A program made the translations under genes and the position numbers. The notes beneath the pieces are model-generated. The model had not been told where the DNA came from, made no database searches, and worked only from the letters and a program-made list of their open reading frames with translations. DNA of 43,468 bases. It comes from a virus. Taxonomy: Duplodnaviria > Caudoviricetes. The DNA lies in IMG/VR virus record IMGVR_UViG_3300009702_000041, positions 1 through 43,468 of that record, one strand, 5' to 3'. Shown here one piece after another: positions 25,904 through 35,715 of the stretch (its first letter is position 1; each line of letters begins with the position of its first letter).

Positions 25904-27796
25904 ATGAGTACAAAACGGAAAACTATTGAGGAAATTAATGAGATATTATCTAAAGCAGATATAACATTATTATCTGAATATTTTAAACCTACAGATAAAC
26001 ATAAATTTAAATGTAATAAATGTTTGCATATTTTTTCTACAGCATTAAAATTTAAATTAAAACAATGTAGAAATAATAAAATTGCATGTCCTAAATGTGC
26101 AATGAAAGAACAAGTTAAAAATGTGACTAAAATTAATCCAGAAACAGGATTAACTAGGGCACAAGAAATTGCTAGAAAAAGTGCTCAAACAATGAATAAA
26201 AAAGATCCGATTAGTGGCCTTTCTATTTATGATCAAACTGGTGATAAAATTAAAAATAATGTATTTGCGGTTAATGAAACTGGATTATCTAAGGCTAAAC
26301 AACGAGGATTAAAAACTAAACAAACTAAACATAAAATTAATTCAGAAACAGGATTAACTGGATATCAAGAAACGGCATTATTAAGTGCTAAAACAATGAC
26401 AACAACTATTAATCCACAATCTGGTTTAACTATTGCAAAAACTATTGGACAAAAAGTTAAAAAAATAAAAAGTCAAGTTGATATAGATACTGGTTTAACT
26501 GGATATCAATTAATAGGATTAAAAATCCAAAAAGCATTAAATAAAATTGATTTAGATACTGGTTTAAGTATAGCACAAAAAATTCAAATTAAAAAAAGAA
26601 ATACATTAAATACTATTAATCCAGAAACTGGTTTTACTATTGGTGAAGAAATTAATAAAAGAATTCAAGCAAAAATGAATAGCATTAATCTAGAAACAGG
26701 ATTAACATATGCTAAAGAAAAAGGAATAAAATTATCTAGAAGTAAAAAAAATATTACATTTGATAGTACCAAATCTAGATTTGATAATATTGATTATGAA
26801 TTATTAACAACTAAACAAGAATATATAAATTATATTGGTCAACCTATATTATCATATAAACATAAATGTGGAGAAATTCGGAATTCTTTAAGACAAAATA
26901 GAATTCGTTGTCTTAAATGTTATCCATATAATAAATCATTTGGTGAACATGAAGTTTTAGAATATTGTCAATCTTTAAGTGATAATGTTATATCAGGAGA
27001 TAGACACATAATTAAACCTTTAGAACTTGATATTTATATGCCAGATAATAATTTTGCAATTGAATACGATGGATTATACTGGCATTCATTTAATACAATA
27101 ACTCAAGAAGATAAAAATGTTCATTTAAGAAAAACTAAATTATGTAAAGAAAAAAGCATACAACTTCTTCATATATTTGAAAATGAATGGGATCATTATA
27201 AAAAACAAGAAATTTGGAAATCTATTATTAAAAATAAATTAGGACAATCTTTTAAAATATTTGCTAGAAAATGTGAAATATTAGAAGTATCATTTAAAGA
27301 CAGCCAAATATTTTTAGAAAATAATCATTTACAAGGCCGATGTAATTCATCTATTAATATAGGATTATTTTACAATAATGAATTGATATCATTGATGACA
27401 TTTGGTAAATCCAGATTTAATAAAAAAGTTGATTGGGAACTGTTAAGGTTTTGTAATAAGCTTAATTATTACGTTGTAGGTGCCGCTAGTAGGTTGTTTA
27501 AGAATTTTTTGAAGGGACATACCGGGTCTGTGATTAGTTATGCAGATATGAGATATAGTGACGGTAAATTATATAGAAATTTAGGATTTGAATTTGAACA
27601 TATAAGTGTACCTAATTATTGGTATTGGAAAGTTAATAACGGAATTTTATTAGAATCGAGGATACAATATCAGAAGCATAAATTGAAGGGTAAATTAGAA
27701 GAATTTGATGAAAATTTAACAGAAACTGAGAATATGTATAATAATGGATATCGGAAAATATATGATTGTGGAAATCAAGTATGGATATATAAGTAA
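25904..27796 (+). CDS. Hef-like/Vsr-type endonuclease family, copy 4 (about 9 repeats)
   Basis: CNKC/CPKC Zn-ribbon, INPETGLT repeats, HKCG/CLKC, ELDIYMP...AIEYDGLYWH, SYADMRYSDGKLYRNLGF. Confidence 0.9.
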   Translation: MSTKRKTIEEINEILSKADITLLSEYFKPTDKHKFKCNKCLHIFSTALKFKLKQCRNNKIACPKCAMKEQVKNVTKINPETGLTRAQEIARKSAQTMNKKDPISGLSIYDQTGDKIKNNVFAVNETGLSKAKQRGLKTKQTKHKINSETGLTGYQETALLSAKTMTTTINPQSGLTIAKTIGQKVKKIKSQVDIDTGLTGYQLIGLKIQKALNKIDLDTGLSIAQKIQIKKRNTLNTINPETGFTIGEEINKRIQAKMNSINLETGLTYAKEKGIKLSRSKKNITFDSTKSRFDNIDYELLTTKQEYINYIGQPILSYKHKCGEIRNSLRQNRIRCLKCYPYNKSFGEHEVLEYCQSLSDNVISGDRHIIKPLELDIYMPDNNFAIEYDGLYWHSFNTITQEDKNVHLRKTKLCKEKSIQLLHIFENEWDHYKKQEIWKSIIKNKLGQSFKIFARKCEILEVSFKDSQIFLENNHLQGRCNSSINIGLFYNNELISLMTFGKSRFNKKVDWELLRFCNKLNYYVVGAASRLFKNFLKGHTGSVISYADMRYSDGKLYRNLGFEFEHISVPNYWYWKVNNGILLESRIQYQKHKLKGKLEEFDENLTETENMYNNGYRKIYDCGNQVWIYK

Positions 27797-27797
27797 T

Positions 27798-29417
27798 GTG
27801 AAAGATAGAATATTAGAAATAATTAAGGATCAAAAGAAGATACGATTACCAAAAGTTGAAAAAGATTTTTTGGTAGAACAGACGAGTTTTTTGTCAGATG
27901 ATGTAGGCCTTAGGGAACGAATTTGGTGTTATATTAATGATATTGGTGAAGTTCAAATATGTCCTATTTGTAAAATTAAAAAATTGTCATGGTGTCGAAT
28001 TACAAATCAATATAAGAAAAAATGTTTAAAATGTAATTTATCATCCGAAGAAACAAGACGAAAAATAAAAGATACAAATATTAAGAGATATGGAAAAGAA
28101 AATGCTTTTCAATTTTCAGCTGAGAAGATAAAGCAGACTAAATTGGATCGGTATGGAGATTCTAATTATAATAATCGAGATAAATTTAAAAAGACTCTTT
28201 TAGCTCATGGTGGTATAGGTTGGCAATCAGATATTATACAATCTAAGATAAAGAAGACTAAATTAGATCGATATGGAGATTCTAATTATAATAATCGAGA
28301 TAAAATGAGGTTGACTAATATAAAATTATATGGAGAAGATTCTTATACTAAAACTTTTGAATATTGGAAATCAACAGTAATTAATAATAATTTATCCGAA
28401 TTAGAATTATATGAAATATTTAATTTAATTAATGATGATGATTGGCTTACAGCTGCATATAGGAATAATACGGTATTAGGATTGGCTAAATCATTAAATA
28501 TTTCATATAAGCCATTGATTAATAGATTAATTAAATTAAATGAATATATTCCAAAAGATCATAAATCATTAATAGAAAAAATTATATATGATGAATTGTT
28601 AAGGTTATCTGATAATATAATAAAAAATTCAAGATCTATTATATCGCCATTAGAACTTGATTTTTATATGCCAGATGATAATTTAGCGATAGAAATTAAT
28701 GGTTTATATTGGCATTCTGAATTATATGGTATTAATAAAAATTATCATTTTAATAAAACAAGGTTATGTAAAGAAAAAGGTATTCAATTGTTACATATTT
28801 TTGAGAATGAAATATATGATGAAAAAATTTTTAAAATTTGGAAATCTATAATTAGAAATAAATTAGGAAAATCTTCTAAAATATTTGCCAGAAAATGTGA
28901 AATTAAAGAGGTATCATCAAAAGAAACTAGAAATTTTTTAGATATGAATCATCTTCAAGGAAATTGTCCAAGTTCTATTAATTTAGGATTATTTTACAAT
29001 GATGAACTAGTATCATTAATGACATTTGGTAAATCTCGGTATAATAAGAAGATTGATTGGGAATTGTTAAGGTTTTGTAATAAGCTTAATTATTCGGTTG
29101 TTGGAGGAGCCTCTCGTTTATTTAAATATTTTCTTAAAAAATATGATGGGAGTGTAATTAGTTATGCAGATATGAGAAGAAGTGATGGCGGATTATATAG
29201 GAATTTAGGATTTGAATTAAGTCATAAAAGTGGACCTAATTATTGGTATTTTAAAAATAACAATATTGAATTAGAATCAAGAATTATGTATCAAAAGCAT
29301 AAATTAAAGAATAAATTAAAAATATTTGATAAAAATTTGACTGAATGGGAGAATATGCAATTAAATGGATATAATAGAATTTTTGATTGTGGAAATCAGG
29401 TATGGATTTATGTATAA
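27798..29417 (+). CDS. Hef-like/Vsr-type endonuclease family, copy 5 (K/R-YG repeat type; probable GTG start at 27798)
   Basis: CPIC/CLKC; TKLDRYGDSNYNNRDK twice (28125-28184 vs 28245-28304); ELDFYMP...AIEINGLYWH; SYADMRRSDGGLYRNLGF. Confidence 0.88.
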   Translation: MKDRILEIIKDQKKIRLPKVEKDFLVEQTSFLSDDVGLRERIWCYINDIGEVQICPICKIKKLSWCRITNQYKKKCLKCNLSSEETRRKIKDTNIKRYGKENAFQFSAEKIKQTKLDRYGDSNYNNRDKFKKTLLAHGGIGWQSDIIQSKIKKTKLDRYGDSNYNNRDKMRLTNIKLYGEDSYTKTFEYWKSTVINNNLSELELYEIFNLINDDDWLTAAYRNNTVLGLAKSLNISYKPLINRLIKLNEYIPKDHKSLIEKIIYDELLRLSDNIIKNSRSIISPLELDFYMPDDNLAIEINGLYWHSELYGINKNYHFNKTRLCKEKGIQLLHIFENEIYDEKIFKIWKSIIRNKLGKSSKIFARKCEIKEVSSKETRNFLDMNHLQGNCPSSINLGLFYNDELVSLMTFGKSRYNKKIDWELLRFCNKLNYSVVGGASRLFKYFLKKYDGSVISYADMRRSDGGLYRNLGFELSHKSGPNYWYFKNNNIELESRIMYQKHKLKNKLKIFDKNLTEWENMQLNGYNRIFDCGNQVWIYV

Positions 29418-29496
29418 ATTGTTTTTGTTAATTAGTTAACATTTTTATTTTTAATTTAATAGTATAATAATTTTTTTTAATTAAAAAGGTTTTGTT

Positions 29497-30363
29497 ATGA
29501 AAACTATAGAAAATATAAATGATGAAGTTTCAGTTCCTAGTAAAAATATATTTAAAATGTTAGGTTATGTAATTGCACTATTATATATTGTTTTACAAAT
29601 TGTATATCATTCTATGGAATATACCGGTTTTGATATGGAAATGGTTAGGAATAAATTTGTTAGTGTTGGAGGTTATATATTAGAATATATTATTAATGTT
29701 GGAGGTTATATATTAGAATATATTATTGAATATTTTAGCAATTTTCATACTGGAATTTTTAGTGGAATAGTATTAGTTATGATATATTCTTCAATGGCCA
29801 TGAAATTTTTTAAATATTATAATATATCTAGTGATGAATTGGATAGCTTGATAACAGTTATTGGAATTGTATCTATAATTACATTTTGTTTTGAATTTAC
29901 TTTTTTTCAAAGTATTTTGATTTATATAGAAATATTAAGTATTGGGTTTTTTGCTATTAAATTCCCAGATTATGGTATGCCATTATTAATAGTGGTTGGA
30001 TTTGTATTAATTTCTTATTTGTTTATACATATTCTTGATGTTAAAATTGTTCTTTTTAAACATAGGTGGTTTGCATTTATATTAACAGTAATGTATAGTT
30101 TAGCTGCTTGGGATACATTTAAATGTAAGGGATTCTTAGATAGAGAGGATGGTGATATTTATTTGAAATTAGTAATTTTTACTGGATTTCTTTCTTTATT
30201 TGTAATACCTATGACAACTTCTATTTTAGGAAGTATGATTGCTTATATTGTTTTATTAGGTGTTAATGCTATTCTTATTAAGAATCCTGAATTCCGTAAA
30301 ACTTTATTAATGGTATTAGTTGTTTTATGGTTTTATGAAGCATTTTTTAATAATGATGATTGA
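29497..30363 (+). CDS. Multi-pass membrane protein of unknown function
   Basis: Many hydrophobic segments; internally duplicated halves; VGGYILEYII tandem duplication (29664-29694 and 29697-29727). Confidence 0.75.
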   Translation: MKTIENINDEVSVPSKNIFKMLGYVIALLYIVLQIVYHSMEYTGFDMEMVRNKFVSVGGYILEYIINVGGYILEYIIEYFSNFHTGIFSGIVLVMIYSSMAMKFFKYYNISSDELDSLITVIGIVSIITFCFEFTFFQSILIYIEILSIGFFAIKFPDYGMPLLIVVGFVLISYLFIHILDVKIVLFKHRWFAFILTVMYSLAAWDTFKCKGFLDREDGDIYLKLVIFTGFLSLFVIPMTTSILGSMIAYIVLLGVNAILIKNPEFRKTLLMVLVVLWFYEAFFNNDD

Positions 30364-30694
30364 TAATATAATAATTGGTCAACTAGATGTATCTGAAGAA
30401 TCATTAGGTATTTTATCTACAGAAAAATCTATTTATTTAACTATTAATGAAGCTAAATTTGGTGGCAATCAATTATGGTTGCCACTAATATTAAAAAATG
30501 TAGGATTATTTAATTCTACTTCAGAAATAATTAAAATAGATAAACAACGATTAGCATCTAGTAAATTTAAAGATTTAAAAGAACAAAATATATGTAGGGA
30601 AATAATAGAACCAGAGAGTACTAGATTTAAAATAGGTAAAAAAGTTTTTTGGTTATTTGTTAATATGTCAACTACCCCTGAGCTAAATACTTAG
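30353..30694 (+). CDS. Hypothetical protein (probable start ATG 30353; C-terminal residues come from the mini-element)
   Basis: MMIDNIIIG...IGKKVFWLFVN; start overlaps the previous stop. Confidence 0.65.
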   Translation: MMIDNIIIGQLDVSEESLGILSTEKSIYLTINEAKFGGNQLWLPLILKNVGLFNSTSEIIKIDKQRLASSKFKDLKEQNICREIIEPESTRFKIGKKVFWLFVNMSTTPELNT

Positions 30695-30716
30695 GGGTTT
30701 TCTTGTCACAAGATCT
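30667..30716 (+). mobile_element. Miniature IS200/IS605 (IscB-type) end-derived element, copy B
   Basis: GTCAACTA-CCCCTGAG-CTAAATA-CTTAGGGG-TTTTCTTGTCACAAGATCT then ATAAA; hairpin intact. Confidence 0.62.
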
Positions 30717-30729
30717 ATAAATATATTTT

Positions 30730-31044
30730 ATGAAATCAAAAAAATTATCATTTATGGAGTATTTAGAATCAAAAGATCAATTGCGATCTTTTTTAAAAAA
30801 TCCTCCAATAGTAAATAATCAATACAAAGTTAAAAGATTTTGTAAATTATCTACCGGTTCTAATTTAAAAGAAAAATATATTAATTGTTTAAAACCTGGC
30901 GAAGAAATAAAAGTTAAATGGAATTATGAAGATATTAATAATCCAGTATGTGAAACAATTAAAATAAATGATAATGAACATACTGTATATTGGAAATCTG
31001 GAAAATTTTCAGATTGGTTACAAAAAAATACAAGAAAAATATGA
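30730..31044 (+). CDS. Hypothetical protein, possibly head-internal
   Basis: LSFMEYLES N-terminus; TATAAATA at 30716-30723. Confidence 0.65.
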   Translation: MKSKKLSFMEYLESKDQLRSFLKNPPIVNNQYKVKRFCKLSTGSNLKEKYINCLKPGEEIKVKWNYEDINNPVCETIKINDNEHTVYWKSGKFSDWLQKNTRKI

Positions 31045-31110
31045 ATTAATCAATTGACTTATATCTAGGGCATTTTAATAAATAGAATAAATATGCTCTT
31101 ATAAGGAAAA

Positions 31111-34044
31111 ATGATGGGTCAATTCGATACATATAATGATGGTCCAAAACAAATTGGATTTGAAGGACAAGAAATATCAATTAATTTTGATAAAACCAGT
31201 CCAACTACTGCTAGAATAACATGGAATATTCCACCAAGTGTGCAAGGTTGCGCAGGTATTGAAAAATATGATGGCATTGTTATTACATTAGATACAACTC
31301 ATACAAATGTTTCTAAAAGTCCTGTAAATGGACAATTATATACCGCAGATCCTACTGGAGATTTTGATCTTCATGCCGGTGATAAGATTAATACTTCATT
31401 AGTTGTTGGTGCTTTTTATGGTGATAATACAACAACTTTATTAGATATTTCTGGTTTAACAGAAAATCAAGAATATTATGTTTCAGGATTTGCAGTAGAT
31501 CAAGAAAAACGATATCATACTCAAGGTGTTCATACCTATTCATTAAATAAATTAACAGAATTTGGAAAAGCTGATAGAGCAGCATTTCAAAATATTCAAA
31601 TATCAAATGTATTACTTAATGGCTCAGATCCAACCGGATTAAGTCTAATTGATACTTATTCATTTGAATTTATTATTAATGATCCAAATAAATTTACTAA
31701 TATAGCATCATTTCCTGATCCAGGAACACGTCAAGTTGTTATAAATGATAATTTAACACAATCTATATCCATAGATGGAATAAATGCCCAAACAATAGAT
31801 TCATTAATTGAACAGATGAATATTCAATTTATGAAATGTGAAAATCCTTTTACTAATAGTTCTCCACCAAATACAGGTGCATTTTATTGGAATATAACAC
31901 AACAAAAATTATTTCAATGGGATGGATATAAAAATATTGAACAACCTGTAATATTAGAAGATAGCGATCCAACAAATGTTATATTAAATTCTTATTGGTT
32001 TGATGGAACCACTTTATTTAATTGGGATGGATCAACGTGGAATACTGTTACACCAATTATAAAATATCATAAATTTTTTACAAATGTTAGTTGTGATGAT
32101 TATTGGTTTGATGGAACTACTGGTTATAATTGGGATGGCCAAGTATGGTGTTCTGATATAACTTTTGTTCAAGAAAATGATCCTGCTGCTGCTCCAAAAT
32201 TAGATTGTGGTACTTTTTGGTATGACCAAGTTAATGAAATATTATTAAAATTATCAAATGATTGTCATAAATGGATTCCTACTGATGTTATTTATTGGAA
32301 TCAAGATCCAAATGCATTATCAGTAGGAACTTATTGGTATAATGATGTTGATCAACAATTATCTAGATGGAATGGAACAGTTTGGGTAAATATTACTGCA
32401 ACTATTTCTATTATAGAACCACCAACACCCGCAATTAATGAATATTGGGTTAATCCTGAAACAAATATTATTCAACAATGGGATGGAACAATTTGGGTTG
32501 GTATTCCAGCAATAATTTTTGATGCAGACCCAACTTTAAGAGAATCTTGCGGATTATGGTGGAATTCAACAACTGATCAATTATTTATTTGGGATATAAC
32601 AACGGCATCATGGGATTTAGTTGTTAATTTTTTACAACAAGTAATAGATCCATTATTGCCTGCTAAAATAGCAACAGGAACATATTGGCATATTGCTAGT
32701 ACAGAAACATTATTTCAATGGGATGGGATTGAATGGGTTGAAAAAATTCATGTTGATTATCCTACTGATCCTACAATTAGAGTTATTGGAGATATTTTCT
32801 TTAATACAATAACAATGGTTTGGTATACTTGGGATGGCACTAATTGGATTGTTATTAATACTATTAATTCGCCAACAGATCCAAATACATTACCAATAGG
32901 AACATATTGGTTTAATACAACAAATGATACATTACAACAATGGAATGGACTTATTTGGGTAGGATTAGCATATTTAACTAATTCTCCAGCGCCACCAAAG
33001 GATACATTATGGTTTAATACAAATGATAATTTATTATATATTTGGGATGGTACAGAATGGAAATTAGAACCAGGAAAAATTTCTGCCCATATATTTAAAA
33101 ATTGTATTCAATTTCAAACAAGATTATTAGGATCATCTGCTAATATTTTAATTAAACCTGAAACCGATAATTTATTTAAATTTTTAAATTCACCAGGAAT
33201 AAAATATTTACCAGATCAAGATGGACAAGATGGTGTTTCTAATCTTCCATTATATGAACAAATTGGTGTTGGAACAGATGGAAGTCCAGATGAACGAAGA
33301 GAATTAATTGATAGTATAAGGGTTCAATTAGGATATCCTGTTGTAGAAGTTGAATTAACAAAACAACAATTTGATACTTGTATTGATGCCGGAATAGAAG
33401 AATTAAGAAAAAGATCATCAATAGCATATAAAAGAGGATTTATATTTTTAGATTTACAACCAGAAACACAAAGATATTTTTTAACAAATAAAGCTGAAGG
33501 ATTTAATAAAATAGTTAAAGTTTCTAATATTAGCAGACAATCTTCTGCTTATATTGCTGGATTATATGATAATGCTGCTTTTGGACAAATAGCTATTCAA
33601 CATTTATATAATTTAGGAACATATGATTTGTTAACATACCATATAGTTTCTGAATATACGGAACAATTAGAACAATTATTTGCAACTAGAGTATTATTCC
33701 AATGGAATGAAAGAACAAGAGCATTAGATGTATTTCAAAGTGTACATCATACAGAACGTGTATTATTAGATGTATCAATGGAAAGAACAGAACAAGATTT
33801 AATTAATGATAGACATTTAAAAACATGGATAGAAAATTGGGCTATGTCTCAAGCAATGATTTTATTATCACAAATTCGCGGTAAATATGGAAGTTTACCT
33901 GGAGCTGGAGGTGTATCTTTAAATGCCGGTGATTTATATGCACAAGCACAAGATATTATGAATACATTATTATTAGAAATTGATGATATGATTGTAGAAT
34001 TACCAGAAGAATTTGGTATGGAAAGTACATTAATTATTGGATAA
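31111..34044 (+). CDS. gp13: Neck protein (T4 gp13-like) with a ~720-aa N-terminal extension
   Basis: C-terminal LGYPVVEVELTKQQFDTCID and IRGKYGSLPGAGGVSLNA motifs; 11 W(D/N)G..W-type repeats at about 31864-33060. Confidence 0.85.
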   Translation: MMGQFDTYNDGPKQIGFEGQEISINFDKTSPTTARITWNIPPSVQGCAGIEKYDGIVITLDTTHTNVSKSPVNGQLYTADPTGDFDLHAGDKINTSLVVGAFYGDNTTTLLDISGLTENQEYYVSGFAVDQEKRYHTQGVHTYSLNKLTEFGKADRAAFQNIQISNVLLNGSDPTGLSLIDTYSFEFIINDPNKFTNIASFPDPGTRQVVINDNLTQSISIDGINAQTIDSLIEQMNIQFMKCENPFTNSSPPNTGAFYWNITQQKLFQWDGYKNIEQPVILEDSDPTNVILNSYWFDGTTLFNWDGSTWNTVTPIIKYHKFFTNVSCDDYWFDGTTGYNWDGQVWCSDITFVQENDPAAAPKLDCGTFWYDQVNEILLKLSNDCHKWIPTDVIYWNQDPNALSVGTYWYNDVDQQLSRWNGTVWVNITATISIIEPPTPAINEYWVNPETNIIQQWDGTIWVGIPAIIFDADPTLRESCGLWWNSTTDQLFIWDITTASWDLVVNFLQQVIDPLLPAKIATGTYWHIASTETLFQWDGIEWVEKIHVDYPTDPTIRVIGDIFFNTITMVWYTWDGTNWIVINTINSPTDPNTLPIGTYWFNTTNDTLQQWNGLIWVGLAYLTNSPAPPKDTLWFNTNDNLLYIWDGTEWKLEPGKISAHIFKNCIQFQTRLLGSSANILIKPETDNLFKFLNSPGIKYLPDQDGQDGVSNLPLYEQIGVGTDGSPDERRELIDSIRVQLGYPVVEVELTKQQFDTCIDAGIEELRKRSSIAYKRGFIFLDLQPETQRYFLTNKAEGFNKIVKVSNISRQSSAYIAGLYDNAAFGQIAIQHLYNLGTYDLLTYHIVSEYTEQLEQLFATRVLFQWNERTRALDVFQSVHHTERVLLDVSMERTEQDLINDRHLKTWIENWAMSQAMILLSQIRGKYGSLPGAGGVSLNAGDLYAQAQDIMNTLLLEIDDMIVELPEEFGMESTLIIG

Positions 34045-34086
34045 ATTAACATTTTGCGATAAATAAAATAAAATAAGGGATTATAA

Positions 34087-35694
34087 ATGGAAGCTTGTAA
34101 AAAAATAAGAAATGGCGCAATATGTCCCGATAGTGTTCAAAAAAATTCTAATCAATGTTCACCATTTCAATTAACAAAAACAGATAGTAAAGAATTTTGT
34201 TTATTTGATTCTTATGTTGAAGAAAATCTTAATATAGGAGGAGCAGATCTTTTTGTTTTTAAATTATTAGGTGTTCATGAACAAGGAAAATTAATAGATT
34301 TAACTGGTAACGGTACACCAATTTCTTCTGGTACCTCAATCGAATTTTCTGCTGATAACGCCTTTATCACAACAGACTGTTATTGGAAATCATTAGAATC
34401 TGGAATAAATATAACAGAAAATTCTTTTATTGGATATGATTTTGGTGAAATAAAATTAGATAATGCACGTTTACATTATGGTATTCCAACATCTATTAGA
34501 CATAATATATCTACAATAAAAATAAAACAAGGTGATAATTCCATAAATCGTGTAATAAAAGCGAGAATTGAAAGATCCGAAGATGGAATAAAATGGTTTG
34601 GCGCTGCTCTTATAGATTTACCAAATGATAATAATTTAAATACAATTCATTTTAAACATACAGTTACTTCTAGATATTGGAGAATTCGTCCAATTACTTT
34701 TAATGGTGGTGATTCTGATCATTGGGTTGTTAAAGCTATAGAATTAATTGATTATGATTTAACATCTATTGATGATATCCAAGATTCTGTTTTTCAAGAA
34801 AATCGTGATAGAGATTATGCATCGGAAAGTATTTTACTAAAAGGCCAATATGATCTTTTAGATACCCAATCAGAATTAACTAAATTTGGAATTGAATTAC
34901 CATCACAAACATTTTATTTCCAAATTTCATTCTCAGCTTGTGTTAGAAAATTAGGACGTCCTATATTAATAGGAGACATAATAGAGCTTCCTAGTGAAAC
35001 ACAATATGATTTTAATATGGTACCAATCAAAAAGTTTTTAGAAGTCACTGATATTGCCTGGAGCGTTGAGGGTTATACTCCAGGATATACACCAACATTA
35101 TTACGTGTTATAGCTAATCCTATGATGGCAATACAAGAAACAATGGATCTTTTTGATGAATTAAGTCCAAATGAGACTGATGAGACAGGATTGACTAAAT
35201 ATGGATTAGTTGATATAACAGGTGAAGGTAATTCTAATAATGGACCACAATTTCAGGATTATCATAATGATTCTGAAGATGTTGAGGCATTGGCTATGGA
35301 AGATTTGCCAGAAAGTGGAACTGATATTGCTAATCTTACAGAATTTACTGCACAACAAATTAAAAATGCTAATGATCAAGGATTGCATACACTTAGTAAT
35401 ATTAGTGTTGTTCCAAAACGAATTTATGTAGAAGATGCAATGCCATCAAATGGGATTGAATATACAGAGGGCGATGTATTACCAACTAATCCAAAAGATG
35501 GAGATTATCATAGATTAACATATAGTGCGATTGATATTGATATACCTGCTAGATTATTTAGATATTCATTAGTTAAAGGTCGTTGGGTATTTTTAGAATC
35601 AGATAAAAGAAATGCTTGGAATAATTCTAAACCACAAATGGAAGAATATTATAAATCTAGAAATAATCCAACAAGCAATTCAAAAGTAAAATAA
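34087..35694 (+). CDS. gp14: Neck/head-closure protein (T4 gp14-like) with a discoidin (F5/8C)-like insertion
   Basis: FQENRDRDY, LTKFG, GDIIELP; insertion contains ERSEDG..W and SRYWRIRP; lies between gp13 and gp15. Confidence 0.75.
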   Translation: MEACKKIRNGAICPDSVQKNSNQCSPFQLTKTDSKEFCLFDSYVEENLNIGGADLFVFKLLGVHEQGKLIDLTGNGTPISSGTSIEFSADNAFITTDCYWKSLESGINITENSFIGYDFGEIKLDNARLHYGIPTSIRHNISTIKIKQGDNSINRVIKARIERSEDGIKWFGAALIDLPNDNNLNTIHFKHTVTSRYWRIRPITFNGGDSDHWVVKAIELIDYDLTSIDDIQDSVFQENRDRDYASESILLKGQYDLLDTQSELTKFGIELPSQTFYFQISFSACVRKLGRPILIGDIIELPSETQYDFNMVPIKKFLEVTDIAWSVEGYTPGYTPTLLRVIANPMMAIQETMDLFDELSPNETDETGLTKYGLVDITGEGNSNNGPQFQDYHNDSEDVEALAMEDLPESGTDIANLTEFTAQQIKNANDQGLHTLSNISVVPKRIYVEDAMPSNGIEYTEGDVLPTNPKDGDYHRLTYSAIDIDIPARLFRYSLVKGRWVFLESDKRNAWNNSKPQMEEYYKSRNNPTSNSKVK

Positions 35695-35715
35695 ATTAAA
35701 AATAGGAATTAAATA

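Noticed and set aside
31067-31099. AGGGCAT/ATGCTCT hairpin enclosing two AATAAATA boxes before gp13
   Set aside because: 7-bp stem with a long AT loop that does not cover the SD; too weak to call regulatory
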